Assembly (NCBI RefSeq): GCF_006345805.1
Contig: NC_043000.1
Coordinates: 32,178,001-32,242,000, forward strand
From: Octopus sinensis
Taxonomy: Eukaryota
Reading direction: 5' to 3'
Length of the DNA stretch: 64,000 bases
Shown here: piece after piece, positions 1-11,770 of the stretch
Numbering within the stretch: the stretch's first letter is position 1
Layout: every line of letters starts with the position of its first letter
Program-made: the position numbers and the translations under genes
The notes under the pieces: generated by a model
Database searches by the model: none
Told to the model about the DNA's origin: nothing
The model's input: only the letters and a program-made list of their open reading frames with translations

Positions 1-17
1 AAATGGTATTTTCTTAC

Positions 18-82
18 TTGGAATAAACTTCTTCATCTCTGCTATTGTCTTGGCATATCTTTCTTTCTTTTGTTCTTCAGTC
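18..82 (-). CDS. SNX14: SNX14 internal exon (TEEQKKERYAKTIAEMKKFIP); gene continues beyond the left window edge
   Basis: Acceptor tattatttgtttAG, donor GTaaga; 65 bp, phase 2 to 1; resembles human [21 protein letters not shown]. Confidence 0.88.
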
Positions 83-351
83 CTAAACAAATAATACAAC
101 AGGAACAATATCAATAATAATAACAACCCATTCTAGGAGAGGCACAAGAACTGAAATTTATGTGGAGGGGGATCGTCAATTACATCGACCCCCAGTAATT
201 GACTGCTACTTTTTTTATCAACCCCCAAAAGAATAAAAGGTAAAGAATTTGAACCCTGAATATAAAGATGGACAAAATGCTTAGCAGCATTTTGTCCGAT
301 GTGCTTAAAAATTTGCCAGTTCACTGCTTTTTTAATAACAACAACAACAAC

Positions 352-390
<39 letters not shown>

Positions 391-392
<2 letters not shown>

Positions 393-980
393 ACCCTGAG
401 GCTGTAACTGAAGGAGAAAATGTAACCATTCTGTGGGACTTTCCAGTACATACAGACCGAACCATCAAGGCCAATAAACCAGATATTGTTGTGAAAGACA
501 AAAACAATAAAGTTTGCTTATTGATCGACATGAGCATCCCCTGTGATCATAATATCTCGGCGAAAGAGTTTGACAAGCTCAGAAAATATAAAGACCTACT
601 CATTGAAATTGAGAAAATGTGGCATCTCAAGGCGGTTACAATACCAGTGATCATAGGAGCACTAGGAATGATCAAGAAGGGAACCGAAAATTATATGAGA
701 ATGATCCCTGGCTTACCATCCCAGCAAGAAGTGCAAAAGATTGTCTTAACTGGTACATCACACGTATTGAGAAGAGCATTGTCGATGTGAGAACTGTTGC
801 TGCTCATGTATTTTAATTTAACTTTAAAAAAAAAAAAATGAACGAACTACTGAGTTTGGTTTAATGGCCTACCATTGTATACTATGAGTTTCTTTGCCCT
901 AGGAGTCAGGAAGACACTCGGCAAGAAATGGAAGCAAATTTGAAAGAAGAAAAAAAAAAAATTAATAATAATAATAATAA
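391..980 (+). mobile_element. 5'-truncated R4/Dong-type non-LTR retrotransposon (RLE domain + 3' UTR)
   Basis: ILWDFPVHTD..NKPDIVV..LIDMSIP..K..KYKDL..IPVIIGALG (PD-D/ExK restriction-like endonuclease); flanked by (AAT)n on both sides. Confidence 0.88.
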
Positions 981-1189
981 TGGTTTCAAATTTTGGCATA
1001 AGACCAGCGGGTTTGGGAAGGGGGTACATCGATTACACTGATCCCAGTGTTTCACTAGTACTTATTCTACTGACCCCAAAAGGATGAAAAGGTAAAGTCA
1101 ACAGAATTTGAACTCAGAGACGGATGAAATGCTACTAAGCATTTTGTCTGATGTGCATAAAAATATACCAGCTAATAATTATAATAATA

Positions 1190-2120
1190 ATAGGAGGAAT
1201 ATTCCAGGGAGATACGCTCTCTCCACTCCTTTTCTGCTTGGCACTGACACCTCTGTCTGATATGCTAAATAGAACTGGATGCGGATACAAATGTTACGGC
1301 AAAATGATCAGCCACCTTTTATATATGGATGACCTAAAACTATACACTACAAATGATAAACAGCTGGAAACACTACTACAGACAATATAGAAATAGATAT
1401 GAAATTTGGATTAGAAAAATGTGCCAAAGCAACCCTGAAAAGAGGGAAACTAGTTAAGAATAGCAACATCATGCTAGATAAAGCCAATGAAATAAGAGAA
1501 TTAGACTAAAGCCAGACATACAAATATTTAGAAATCCATGAACTAGATAAGACACAACACACACAAATGAAAGAGAAAATAAAGAAAGAATACTACAGAC
1601 GAGTTAGATCAATAATAAAAACAGAGCTCAATGCTAAAAACAAGATAATAGGTATCAATACTCTAGCCGTCTCAGTTATAAGTTACAGCTACAATATCCT
1701 TAACTGGACACTAAATGAACTAACCAAAATAGACAGGAAAATAAGAAAAATAATGACAGGATCTAGGATTCACCGCCCAAAATCTGACATAGAAAGAGAA
1801 AAGATTGATAAATATGGAGACCTGAGAATTGAGATTACCAAGATGTGGCAGCTACGAGAGTCAAATATAAAGGTTATCTCTATTGTCATCAGAGCATTGG
1901 GTTCAATACCACCCAACCTGAAGAAACATCTGGACTCTTTAGAAATACTCTGCAAACTTGGTGTATTGCAAAAATTGGCTTTGTTTGAAACTGCACACAT
2001 ATTGTGTAAAGTACTGTCTGTCTGAGGTCCTTGTTGTGACTTGACAGACAGTATAAATCCCTGGTACACAAACTATCTTCAATCTACATCGCAATATTGG
2101 ATACTGTGCAACATCTTCTG
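1190..2120 (+). mobile_element. R4/Dong-type retrotransposon, internally deleted (RT core, thumb, end of RLE)
   Basis: GIFQGDTLSPLLF...SHLLYMDDLKLY, then KEYYRRVRSI..ELNAKNK..INTLAV, then KYGDLRIEI..W; starts right after (AAT)n. Confidence 0.88.
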
Positions 2121-4049
2121 TATTAATAAATGCTCTGATGCAGTACCAGGCAGTGGCTCCCATGGCTTCTCAGCTTAAATGAATGGAAGTGTTAAAATGT
2201 GTTTTGTTTTGGTATAAAAAGAAATAAATATTCTGCTCAGATTTCATTAGCAGTTGCTTGACCATAACAAGTTGAGCATGTCCCTTGGTCGCTGATGATA
2301 TACACATCTTTGATCACAAGCATGAGAAGTGAGGTTGCATCATAACCATGTGTTGAGAGGAATTCTTTGGAGCTTGAATAATTCACCTTTGGAAACATGG
2401 GTGTTTTGTTCACCATCCTTAAACAAACCTTATTCAGGGACATTTTGAATGGAATGGGCTGCTCAGCCTAAAGAAAATTCTAACTGGGCCCCACCTACAA
2501 GGTCAGGCACTGTTTATCTTGATATGAGATCACCATGTTGCACACATGTGGTTGTGATACATGTGCCTGGTGTACCCTTGACAGACGGGTAGTCATGATG
2601 GGTATATTGGGCTTCATATATCTGTATCCCAGTGTCGCTTTGATGGCATGCACTGCTCTCTCACTCAATAATAATAATAACAATAATAATAATAACGGCG
2701 CCCAATTTTGGTCCAAGACTAGCAATTGCAAGGAAGGAATTAAGTTGATTACAATCACCCCTAGTGCTCAAATGCTACATATTTTGACCCCAAAAGGATG
2801 AAAGGTAAAGTCAATTTCTGTGGATTTTGAGATTAGAACATAAAGACAGACAAAATGATGCTAAGCATTTTGTCTGGCATGCTAACAATTTTGCCAGCTC
2901 ATCGCAATAATAATAATAATAATTAGAAATAACAATAGCAACATCAATAAGTCAGTAGTAGTAGTAGTAGTATCAATAACAGAAAGAACAAGAAATACAC
3001 TGATCTTAGCAATAATAATAAATAATAAATAACACCAGGTGATGGTGGTGGTGGTAGCAGCAGCAGCAGCAGTGGTGGTGGTGGTGGTAGCAGTACCACT
3101 ATGAAATTACATTTAAGAGAGAAAACTAACACAAATCATAAACAGGAGAGAGAGAGAGAAAGAGAGAGGGAAGAGTGAGACAAAGAGAAAGAGAGAGGGG
3201 AAGAGTGAGAGAGAGAGACTATTATACAATATCTGATGTAAGAGATGATGAGGAATCAGCAAGTGTGAATGTGAAGAAGCTGGAATAAAGTAGATCAGAG
3301 CTAAAATATTGGATACATGTCTTGAAGCGATGCTGATCCTATCAACGTGGAATTTGAGAAAGCTTTCAACACTTTTAAGATGTTCCTTTGCAATTGAAGA
3401 AAGCTTTCCTTGAATATATTTATACATTGGTATCTGCAATGTGTGGCACCAACATTAGCAACAAGAACAACTGCTGAAAATTTACCCTCCTCCTTTTTTT
3501 TTTAATTCCTCACATACATGTTTGCACATATGTATACGCATGTATGTATGTATGTATGTATGTATGTGTGCATGTATATGTATATATATATATATATGCA
3601 TGTATGTATATATGCAAGTATGTATGTATGTATGTGTGCATGTATATATATATATGCATGTATGTATATATGCATGCATGTATGTAAGTATGTATATATG
3701 TATGTTTGTGGGTGGATGTATATATATATGTGAGTGTGTGTGTGTGTGCATGTGCAAGAGATAGTTGTATCACATTGGTGTAAAATGCAATTAAATGTAA
3801 GTACTCAATACTGTTAGGCATTATATATATATAAATATGTCATACATAGATATCTAGATATACATGTATTTTAGTATACATGTATATATGTGTGTGTGTA
3901 TAAATAATACATATACGCACGTATGTGTTTGTGTGTTTGTGTGGATGAATAGAAAAACAAAATATATGTATAATTCTATCAAAATTACAGGATTGTCTCA
4001 AATTGTTTAAACAGCTGAATGACAGCAAGAAATGTCATCTTTAAAAGGC

Positions 4050-4870
4050 CCCTTTGCAGATTAAAAATAAAATCAGGCTTTCCTATGAAACAGAAAGGGA
4101 AGAAAGAGAAACCTGGGCAGTTGGAAATACAAAGAAGAACCCTAAAGCCTTCAACAAATTTTCAAAAAAATCTTCCTTGGTGCACCACAAGGTAGGGCCA
4201 CTGTTTGAAGAAAACGACTGGCTGACTACAGATCCCTTAAGAATAAACAAAATGCTAAAGAAACAATTCCAAAGTGTTTTCACTTTCAAGGGGGAAATAT
4301 GCAAATGAGTGAACCCGATGATTTCTTCAACCTTTCAGATCCACACGGGAAAGACTCAACCACAGATTACCTATTTCTTTACTACCCACAAGGAGCTAAA
4401 CACAGGGAGGACAAACAAAGACAGACAAACAGATTAAGTCGTTTATATCGACCCCACTGCGTAACTGGTACTTATTTAATCGACCCCGAAAGGATGAAAG
4501 GCAAAGTCAACCTCGGCGGAATTTGAACTCAGAACGTAACGACAGACGAAATACCACTAAGCGTTTCACCCAGCATGCTAACGTTTCTGCCATTTAGCCA
4601 CCTTCAACCACAGATTACATTGATGTAAAAGAAGAGGAGGTAATATCAGCCACTGACAGGTTGGACTCAACAATTGGCTCCGAAGGTTGTCTTTTTTTAT
4701 TCTTTTAGTGACATGTAAGAAAGCTCTTGCTAAATTACAACAGACATTTTGCTAGAACTTCCTTGCATGTGACAAACTTCACAAAATGTTAAAAGCTATA
4801 ATATACTTTGTCCATAAAGGGGGGGAGCAAAACTGATGCAAAACTTTACAGACCAGTCTCTGACTTCATG
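4050..4870 (+). mobile_element. Degenerate CR1-type LINE ORF2 fragment interrupted by a SINE
   Basis: KKNPKAF..HHKVGPL..KMLKKQFQSVFT aligns by eye with the 60350-60570 part of the CR1 element. Confidence 0.7.
4371..4603 (-). mobile_element. tRNA-derived SINE, subfamily B (tail-less), with 15-bp TSD
   Basis: B box GTTCAAATTCC; body GACTTTGCCTTTCATCCTTTCGGGGTCGAT..AAGTACCAG; TSD tcaaccacagattac at 4356-4370 and 4604-4618. Confidence 0.85.
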
Positions 4871-5484
4871 GATTTCTACTGTTCCCTCCTCTTTCCAGAC
4901 TTCCTATCTCCTTCACCTCACCTCCTCCAAATTAATATTCCCCATTGACCACACACCCACCTTTCACTGCATTCACTTCTATTCCTCCTATCTACCCAAC
5001 AAACCCTCTCCTTTCACACTCAAAAACTTACCTACCCACCCACCCTTCCTAATCTTCTGTCCCTATTCTCTCCTTCATATTCCCCATCCTGTATATTGTG
5101 AGCACACCCTGCCACCTCTCTTTCCACCTGGGGCTGTGGCATGAACCTCCTCTATAACAAGACACCTGTCTCTCTATCATACTTTAGCCTCTCAACACCT
5201 GGCATAAAACTACCTTTCACTCTACTAGACTCTCCACTCAGTTGAAGGTGGGGTCTTTTGCCTTACAAGTAACTTGGTGACCTCACTAATACCAATGGCA
5301 TGAAAAAAGCACCCAGTCCACACTCTGTAAAGTAGTTGGTGTTATAAAGGACATCCAGCTATAGAATGTAGACCAAAACAGATATTGGCGCTTGATGCAG
5401 GCCTCTAGCTCATTGGGTCCTTTTGAACTGTCCAATCCAGACTAGAAAGGAAGTAGGATGTTAAATGATGATATCTCTCTCTTG

Positions 5485-5557
<73 letters not shown>

Positions 5558-5649
5558 CTAATGTTTGTTTTTATGTTCATTTATCATAAAAATCAGCTTT
5601 ACATTAATTTGAGAGTTTTTGTATGCAGCAGATGCACAGTGGCAATCAC

Positions 5650-6760
5650 ATGCCAGTGAGAGAAACTAGAAGTAGTTGATAGCTTCCTCTACCTAGGTAA
5701 TCAATTCTGTAGTGGAGTGGATGCTCTGAGAATGTTGCCACTAGAATAAGAATAGCCTGGGCAAAGTTCAGAAAGCTCCTACCTCTGCTAGTAACAAAGG
5801 GTCTCTCGCTCAGAGTGAAAGGTAGACTGTATAAGGCAGGTGTTTGAAGAGCCATGCTACACAGCAGTGAAACATGGGCCATGACTGTTGAGGACATACG
5901 TAGGCCTGCAAGAAATGAAGCTAGTATGAACCACTGGATGTGTAATGTCAGTGTGCATACGTGATAAAGTGTAAGCACCCTGAGAGAAATGTTGGGCATA
6001 AGAAGCATCAGATTTGGTGTACAAGAGACGACTGCACCGGTATGGTCATGTGCTGCATATGGATGAGGAGAGCTGTATGAAGAAGTGTCACTCCCTAACA
6101 GTGGAAGAAAGCTATGGAAGAGGGAGACCCAGGAAGACATGAGATGAGGTGGTGAAGCATGACCTTTGAACGTTGGGCCTTACAGAGGCAATGACAGGAG
6201 ACCAAGACCTTTGGAGATATGCTGTGATTGAAAAACCTGGCAAGTAAAGTTCAGATCATAGCCATAACTTATACCGGTGCCCATTTAAAAGTACCCTTGC
6301 ATCACCAGGCAATACGTTGCACTTGAGAAGAACTATTGAGTAGAATTTAAATCAAATCAAATCAAAATTGTAATGAAAATGGAAATTGTAGTTGTGGCCT
6401 GACTGACACCTGTGCTGGTTGCATGTAATAAGCACCATTCAAGTGTGGGTCGATGCCAGTGCCACCTGGCTGGGCACATAAAAAGCATCATCTGAATGTG
6501 GTCTATGCCAGTCCCCCATCCAACTGGCTCCTGTGCAGGTGGCACGTAAAAAGCACCATCTAAACATGGTCGATGCCAGTGGCACGTAAAAAGCACCCAC
6601 TACACTCTCAGAGTGGTTGGTATTAGGAAGGGCATCCAGCTGTAGAAACATTGCCAGATCAGATTGGAGCCTGGTGCAGCCTCCTGGCTTGCTAGTCCTT
6701 AGTCAAACCCTCCAACCCATGCCAGCATGGAAAACGGACGTTAAATGATGATGATGACTG
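5650..6760 (+). mobile_element. 5'-truncated RTE-clade LINE (RT C-terminus + 3' UTR ending in (GAT)n)
   Basis: Plus-strand translation RIRIAWAKFRKLLPLL..LRVKGRLY..SETWAMT..GRGRPRKT, typical of RTE; degenerate; UTR with repeated GTGGCACGTAAAAAGCACC units. Confidence 0.85.
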
Positions 6761-6924
6761 ATGGGCTACTCAATACTTTTGCAGTTGGATGAGGGCTTAA
6801 CATCCTTCTCTTTCACATATATCCTGCTTGTTTATAAAACTCGCAAACCATTAGTGCAGTTTGGGTTTCACCTACACAAGGTTACTTTCAACAGAGAAAA
6901 CCATTATTTCATATTTCTTCTTCC

Positions 6925-7330
6925 ATGGCAAGCCATGTGTGTTTCAGTAAGACTGCACTATCACACATGGCTCTAGTAACACAGGAATGGATGGCTGAAA
7001 ATTTTCATGATCACATAACCCCTAACATTTGGCCTCCTAATTCCCCAGATCTCAATCCACTGGACTATTATATGTGGAGTATTGTTGAGAGAGAGGTCAA
7101 TGAACATGCCCATAACACCACAGGTTCTTTGAAAGCTGCCATAGTCAGAGTAATGTCCAAAATGAACCAGGACCACTTGATTCGAGCATGTAGATGATTT
7201 AGATCTCATATAGAAGCAGTTATTGAAGCTGAAGGTGGCTTTATTGAGTAACATTATAGAAAAGAAGGTTTATTTTTATACTCATTGCACTTTTTGATAA
7301 ATAAAGTTATTATCTGTTATTATATATCTG
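6925..7330 (+). mobile_element. Tc1/mariner transposase C-terminal fragment (DD37D/maT-like)
   Basis: WPPNSPDLNPLDYYMWS motif and terminal EAVIEAEGGFIE; one internal stop. Confidence 0.88.
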
Positions 7331-8370
7331 TTTTTTTTCATCATCATCATGTTATATATATATAACAGAAAGGCAACTTTTATGAGTGGGATGTTACCAT
7401 ACAGGGAGGTAGTTTCCAGAGGCAGGGTGTTATCGTAGAGGGAGGTGGTTACATAAGTGGGGATTACTACGCAGGGAGGTTGCTTTCAGAGGTAGACGTA
7501 TACTCAATGGTTGTGCCGAAGGAGAAAGAAGAGTGCTCAGCACTGTTGCATGCGCATCTAATTTGTGAGATGAATGTGACTAATGTCAATCTTGAGCATT
7601 GATTGTTGAGTAAAATTGGTCAACAGAGCAGGACAACCATCAAAAGGGACTCGCAGAGCAGCATCCTGGTTGAAGTGAGAAACTCGAATTGTCAGTGTTT
7701 CTCAATTCCATGAGGGGAGGGGGGAATGGCCTAATCACAAAGAATAAGTTAAATAATGAGTGAATCAATTAATATGAATTAGTCATGCATTACTTTGTAG
7801 CTTTGAGATTTCACTCATGTGATTGTTTATTTTTAGAATAGTATTGTAGGGTAAGTGTGAAAGGCTGGATCTGGCCAGTTTGAAGATAAACCAGGTAGAT
7901 TATTTTGGCTGGATATGGCCAGTTTAAATGCTTAAGAGTTAATGATTGAATGAATGTGTGAATGAGAAAGTGAATGACTGAATGAATGAGTTTGATAGTG
8001 AAAGAGTAAATGATTGAATGAATTTATGTATATTGATATTTAGTTCCAGTTTTATAAATTAGCAAACAGCTCGTTAAGGGTGAAACTGGTTGCCTTTTAA
8101 GCTTAATTAACTGTAATTAATTTATTCTTTTACTGGTTTCAGTCATTTGGAGCAGCACCTTTAGTCAAACAAATCAACCCCTGGGACTTATTCTTAGTAA
8201 GCCTAGTACTTATTCTATTGGTCTCTTTTGCTGAACCACTAGGTTACAGGGACAAAAACACACCAACATCAGTTGTCAAGCAATGGTGGACACACACACA
8301 CACACACACACACATACATACATACATACATACATACATACATACATACATACATACATACATACATACA

Positions 8371-8402
<32 letters not shown>

Positions 8403-8408
8403 CATATA

Positions 8409-9000
8409 TATATATTTAGTGAAGGGAAGAAATGGAGCTGAACGAAGATTCTACAACAATTCGAACATTAACATTAGTTATACAGAATATATTCACACTC
8501 TTTGGTTTTCTGGAATTCTTCCCCTACCAAATTTAACCGCAGTTTGACCTCGATTTATTCCAACGGACTTTTTCGTCGACCTTCACCCACCCTGACATCA
8601 ACGCACATTGAGAGACAGTTTTGTGCCTTACCATGGGCTCCTAGGGAGCGTTTTGTTCGAATAGCTTGCTGCGCATTTGTTTGGAGATTTAAATTCCTGG
8701 TTTTTCCTGAAGAGAAAGCTGCAAAATGGTCTCCTTATTCAATCTGAATTTGGAAATTTGCAGCCTTTGAAATATGTGTAGAAAATAATAAAAAGGAATT
8801 TTGTAGAATCTTCGTTCAGCTCCATTTCTTCCCTTCACTAAATATATAAAACTTCAATTATCCGCACTAAGGCACGGTTGCGACACCCCATGGTCGTAAC
8901 CTCAACCGTGTTTTTTCTGTTGTGATTTTTGCTACCCAGGTATCGGTTAAATTTTGAATAATCCGTAACAAGATAATTCATTTATCCATTTCAATAAATA
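8409..9000 (+). mobile_element. PLE 3' end (pseudo-LTR + tail) with a short inverted 5' copy
   Basis: 8409-8462 is the reverse complement of ~8796-8848; 8700-9000 is homologous to the 3' end of the PLE at 48240-48540; flanked by (TACA)n and (TA)n. Confidence 0.8.
8702..8785 (+). ncRNA. Type I hammerhead ribozyme, partly decayed
   Basis: ttttc-CTGAAGA-gaaagctgcaaa...tttgcagccttt-GAAAT-atgt-GTA-gaaaa; stem I ttttc/gaaaa. Confidence 0.75.
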
Positions 9001-9022
9001 TATATATATATATATATACATA

Positions 9023-9750
9023 TATATATGAAAAAACAAGCCAAGATAGAAAATGCTAAAATAATTTTATAAAGAACATTTCAGTACCGGTTCCAGTCAT
9101 TTTGAGACCTTTTCAACTGTAATGATTAAATAATTAAATTTAGAAAAGTTAAAAGAAAAGTTTTTTTAAAAGAATATTTGTATAGTGTTCAAATATAAGT
9201 GGCATTTTCCTTGTTTCTGCCTTTCTCTGTCTCTCTTGTTTACACTTGTGGATTGTGAATTCTTGGTAGGGAAGAAGAAGAAGAAGGATGAGGAGAAGGG
9301 GGGGGGAGAATTTAGTATAACACCTATGCAAATTCTATAAACAAACCTTTCAATAGAAATATTCTCATGAATTGAACAGCAACTGCTAGCCACCACTGAC
9401 CACTCAAAATAGGACAATCAAGGCACTCCCAAATTCTTTCCCCCCTTCTCCTCATCCTTCTTCTTCTTCTTCCCTACCAAGAATTCACAACCTACAAGGG
9501 TAAACAAGAGAGACAGAGAAAGGCAGAAACAAGGAAAATGCCACTTATATTTGAACACTATACAAAAATTCTTTTAAAAAAACTTTTCTTTTCATTTTTC
9601 TAAATTTAATTATTTAATCGTTACAGTTGAAAAGGTCTCAAAATGACTGAAACCGGTACTGAAATGTTCTTTATAAAATTATTTTAGCATTTTCTATCTT
9701 GACTTGTTTTTTCATATATATCAACTCGTGTGTTCCCTTTCATCCCTATA
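9023..9750. mobile_element. Fold-back element: ~290-bp inverted arms (9023-9313 / 9431-9721), probably a PLE pseudo-LTR pair
   Basis: Arms are near-perfect reverse complements with a ~117-bp spacer; HHR-like motif in each arm; (TA)n flanks. Confidence 0.75.
9624..9661 (+). ncRNA. Minimal hammerhead-like motif with variant core (TTGAAAA)
   Basis: cag-TTGAAAA-ggtc-tcaaaat-gact-GAAAC-cg-GTA-ctg; mirror copy at 9082-9119 (-) carries GGAAC. Confidence 0.55.
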
Positions 9751-10432
9751 CATACACATATATATATATATACACACATGCACACACACACACATGACAG
9801 GCTTCTTTCAGTTTTCATCTACCAAATCCACTCACAAGGCTTTGGTCAGCCTGGGGCTAGAGTAAAAGACACTTACCTAAGGTGCCACGCAGTGGGACTG
9901 AACACAGAACCATATGGTTGGGAAACAAGGTTCTTACCACACAGCAATGCCTGCATCTAACATTGATAATTTCTATGAATAATCACCAAACAGCCAAGTC
10001 AGAATCTATGAATTCTTAAGCAACATGTGTGCAGAGTCTCACACAATGGTCTCCGAAGTGTGGTTCACCTTGAACATTGCAGAGGTCATTTACAAAACAT
10101 GTTTACATTAAACTTCTTTGCCAAGAAACAGGTTTGTATTTAGTGTTCTTGTAATATTTGTTTCTAGAACACACTGTACTTCTTCAAATGCTAAACTCTA
10201 AAGAATTTACCAATTTTACTGTCAACTGGTTCACAGCACAAAGATTTATTATAATAACTTGCTGGGCTGGAAACCTATTAACTGTTTCAGTCATTTAAAT
10301 ATTTAGTGGACACTCTGTATGTGTGTGTGTGTGTGTGTGTACATGCATATAATATACATATACACATGTATGTATAGGCATATGTATTCTTATACACATA
10401 AATATATACACACACACACATGTGCACACAAT

Positions 10433-10472
<40 letters not shown>

Positions 10473-10482
10473 AAACGTATAT

Positions 10483-10855
10483 ATGGTTCTGGGTTCAGTC
10501 CCACTGCATGTCACCTTGGCCAAGTAATTTCTACTACAGCCTCAGGCTCACCAAAGCCTTGTGAGTGGAAACTGAAAGAAGCCCGTTATATAGATGTGTG
10601 TGTGTGTCTCTCTGTGTGTGTCTGTGTGTGTGTGTGTGCATGTCTTTGTGTCTGTGTTTGTCCTCGACCACCACTTGACAACCAGAGTTAGTACGTTAAC
10701 ACATCCATAACTTAGTGGTTCGGTAAAAGAGACTGATATAGAAGTACAAGGCTCGGGAAAAAAGATAAGACCTGGGGTTGATTTGTTCAACAAAAAACCC
10801 TTCGAAGCAGTGCCCCAGCATGGCCACAGACAAATAATTGAAACAAGTGAAAAAT
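10483..10855 (+). mobile_element. Composite CORE-type SINE (tRNA head, CORE-like segment, internal (TG)n, CR1-like 3' tail)
   Basis: ggttcagtcccactg..caccttggccaagt..ccaaagccttgtgagtgg; tail gcagtgccccagcatggccacag..gaaacaag; other copies at 21160-21540, 27090-27460, 56423-56840 (-). Confidence 0.75.
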
Positions 10856-11629
10856 ATATATATGTATGTATACACATATATGTATATGTATACACACACA
10901 CACACACAAATATATATATACATACACGTATACAAATATACACACACACACACACGCACTTATACACGTGTGCATATACACACATATAAACACTCACACA
11001 CACACATGAATACAAGCAACTTCATCTGTTTCTCGATGTTATCTCTATACATTAGTGCATACAATGCTTCAATAAGCAAACACATTCAAATAAGCATATA
11101 TTAACACTTGGTATGAATATGTCTAAACCAATGTCACCTTTAATATATCTCATTTCTCACACCTATCTTCCAAACTGAAAATATCAATAAAAACTAGGTA
11201 ACATTATTTCACACAACACACAACCTCTCCATACTCTACCGTATAACAGACATTAACCCCTAAACTCCAGACATACATTTACAGAAATCGCAGGTAAAAA
11301 AAAAAAAGCAGTGTGTATTTTCCACAATCTATTAGAATTATTTCTTGGACTTTACCCTAGTTAATATGCCAGACTTAACAAATTCTTTATTGAAATTATT
11401 TTATTTCCAATAAAGAATTTGCAATCTTATATTTTCCACCATTATTTCTTTGTACTTATATCAGCTACTTTCCTTCTGCAGTCAAAAGCAGGATAATCCA
11501 AAGTAAAGATTGGCTGAAACCCTCCTTTTTCTCCCTATAAAATAAATAACAAATGGAATACACAAATAGCTTAAGAGGAATTTTAACTCTAAGTGTGTAC
11601 AGATATCTAGAGGTGTATGTAAATATGTG

Positions 11630-11660
<31 letters not shown>

Positions 11661-11739
11661 ATGCACAATATGATTAGTTATATACATAACTAACGTTATA
11701 TTTGTACATCTAATGCAACACATGATTAGAAATAGTGTG

Positions 11740-11770
<31 letters not shown>

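Noticed and set aside
5646-6140. 164-aa minus-strand ORF (also 22477-22788, 60477-60893)
   Set aside because: Antisense shadows of RTE or CR1 coding sequence
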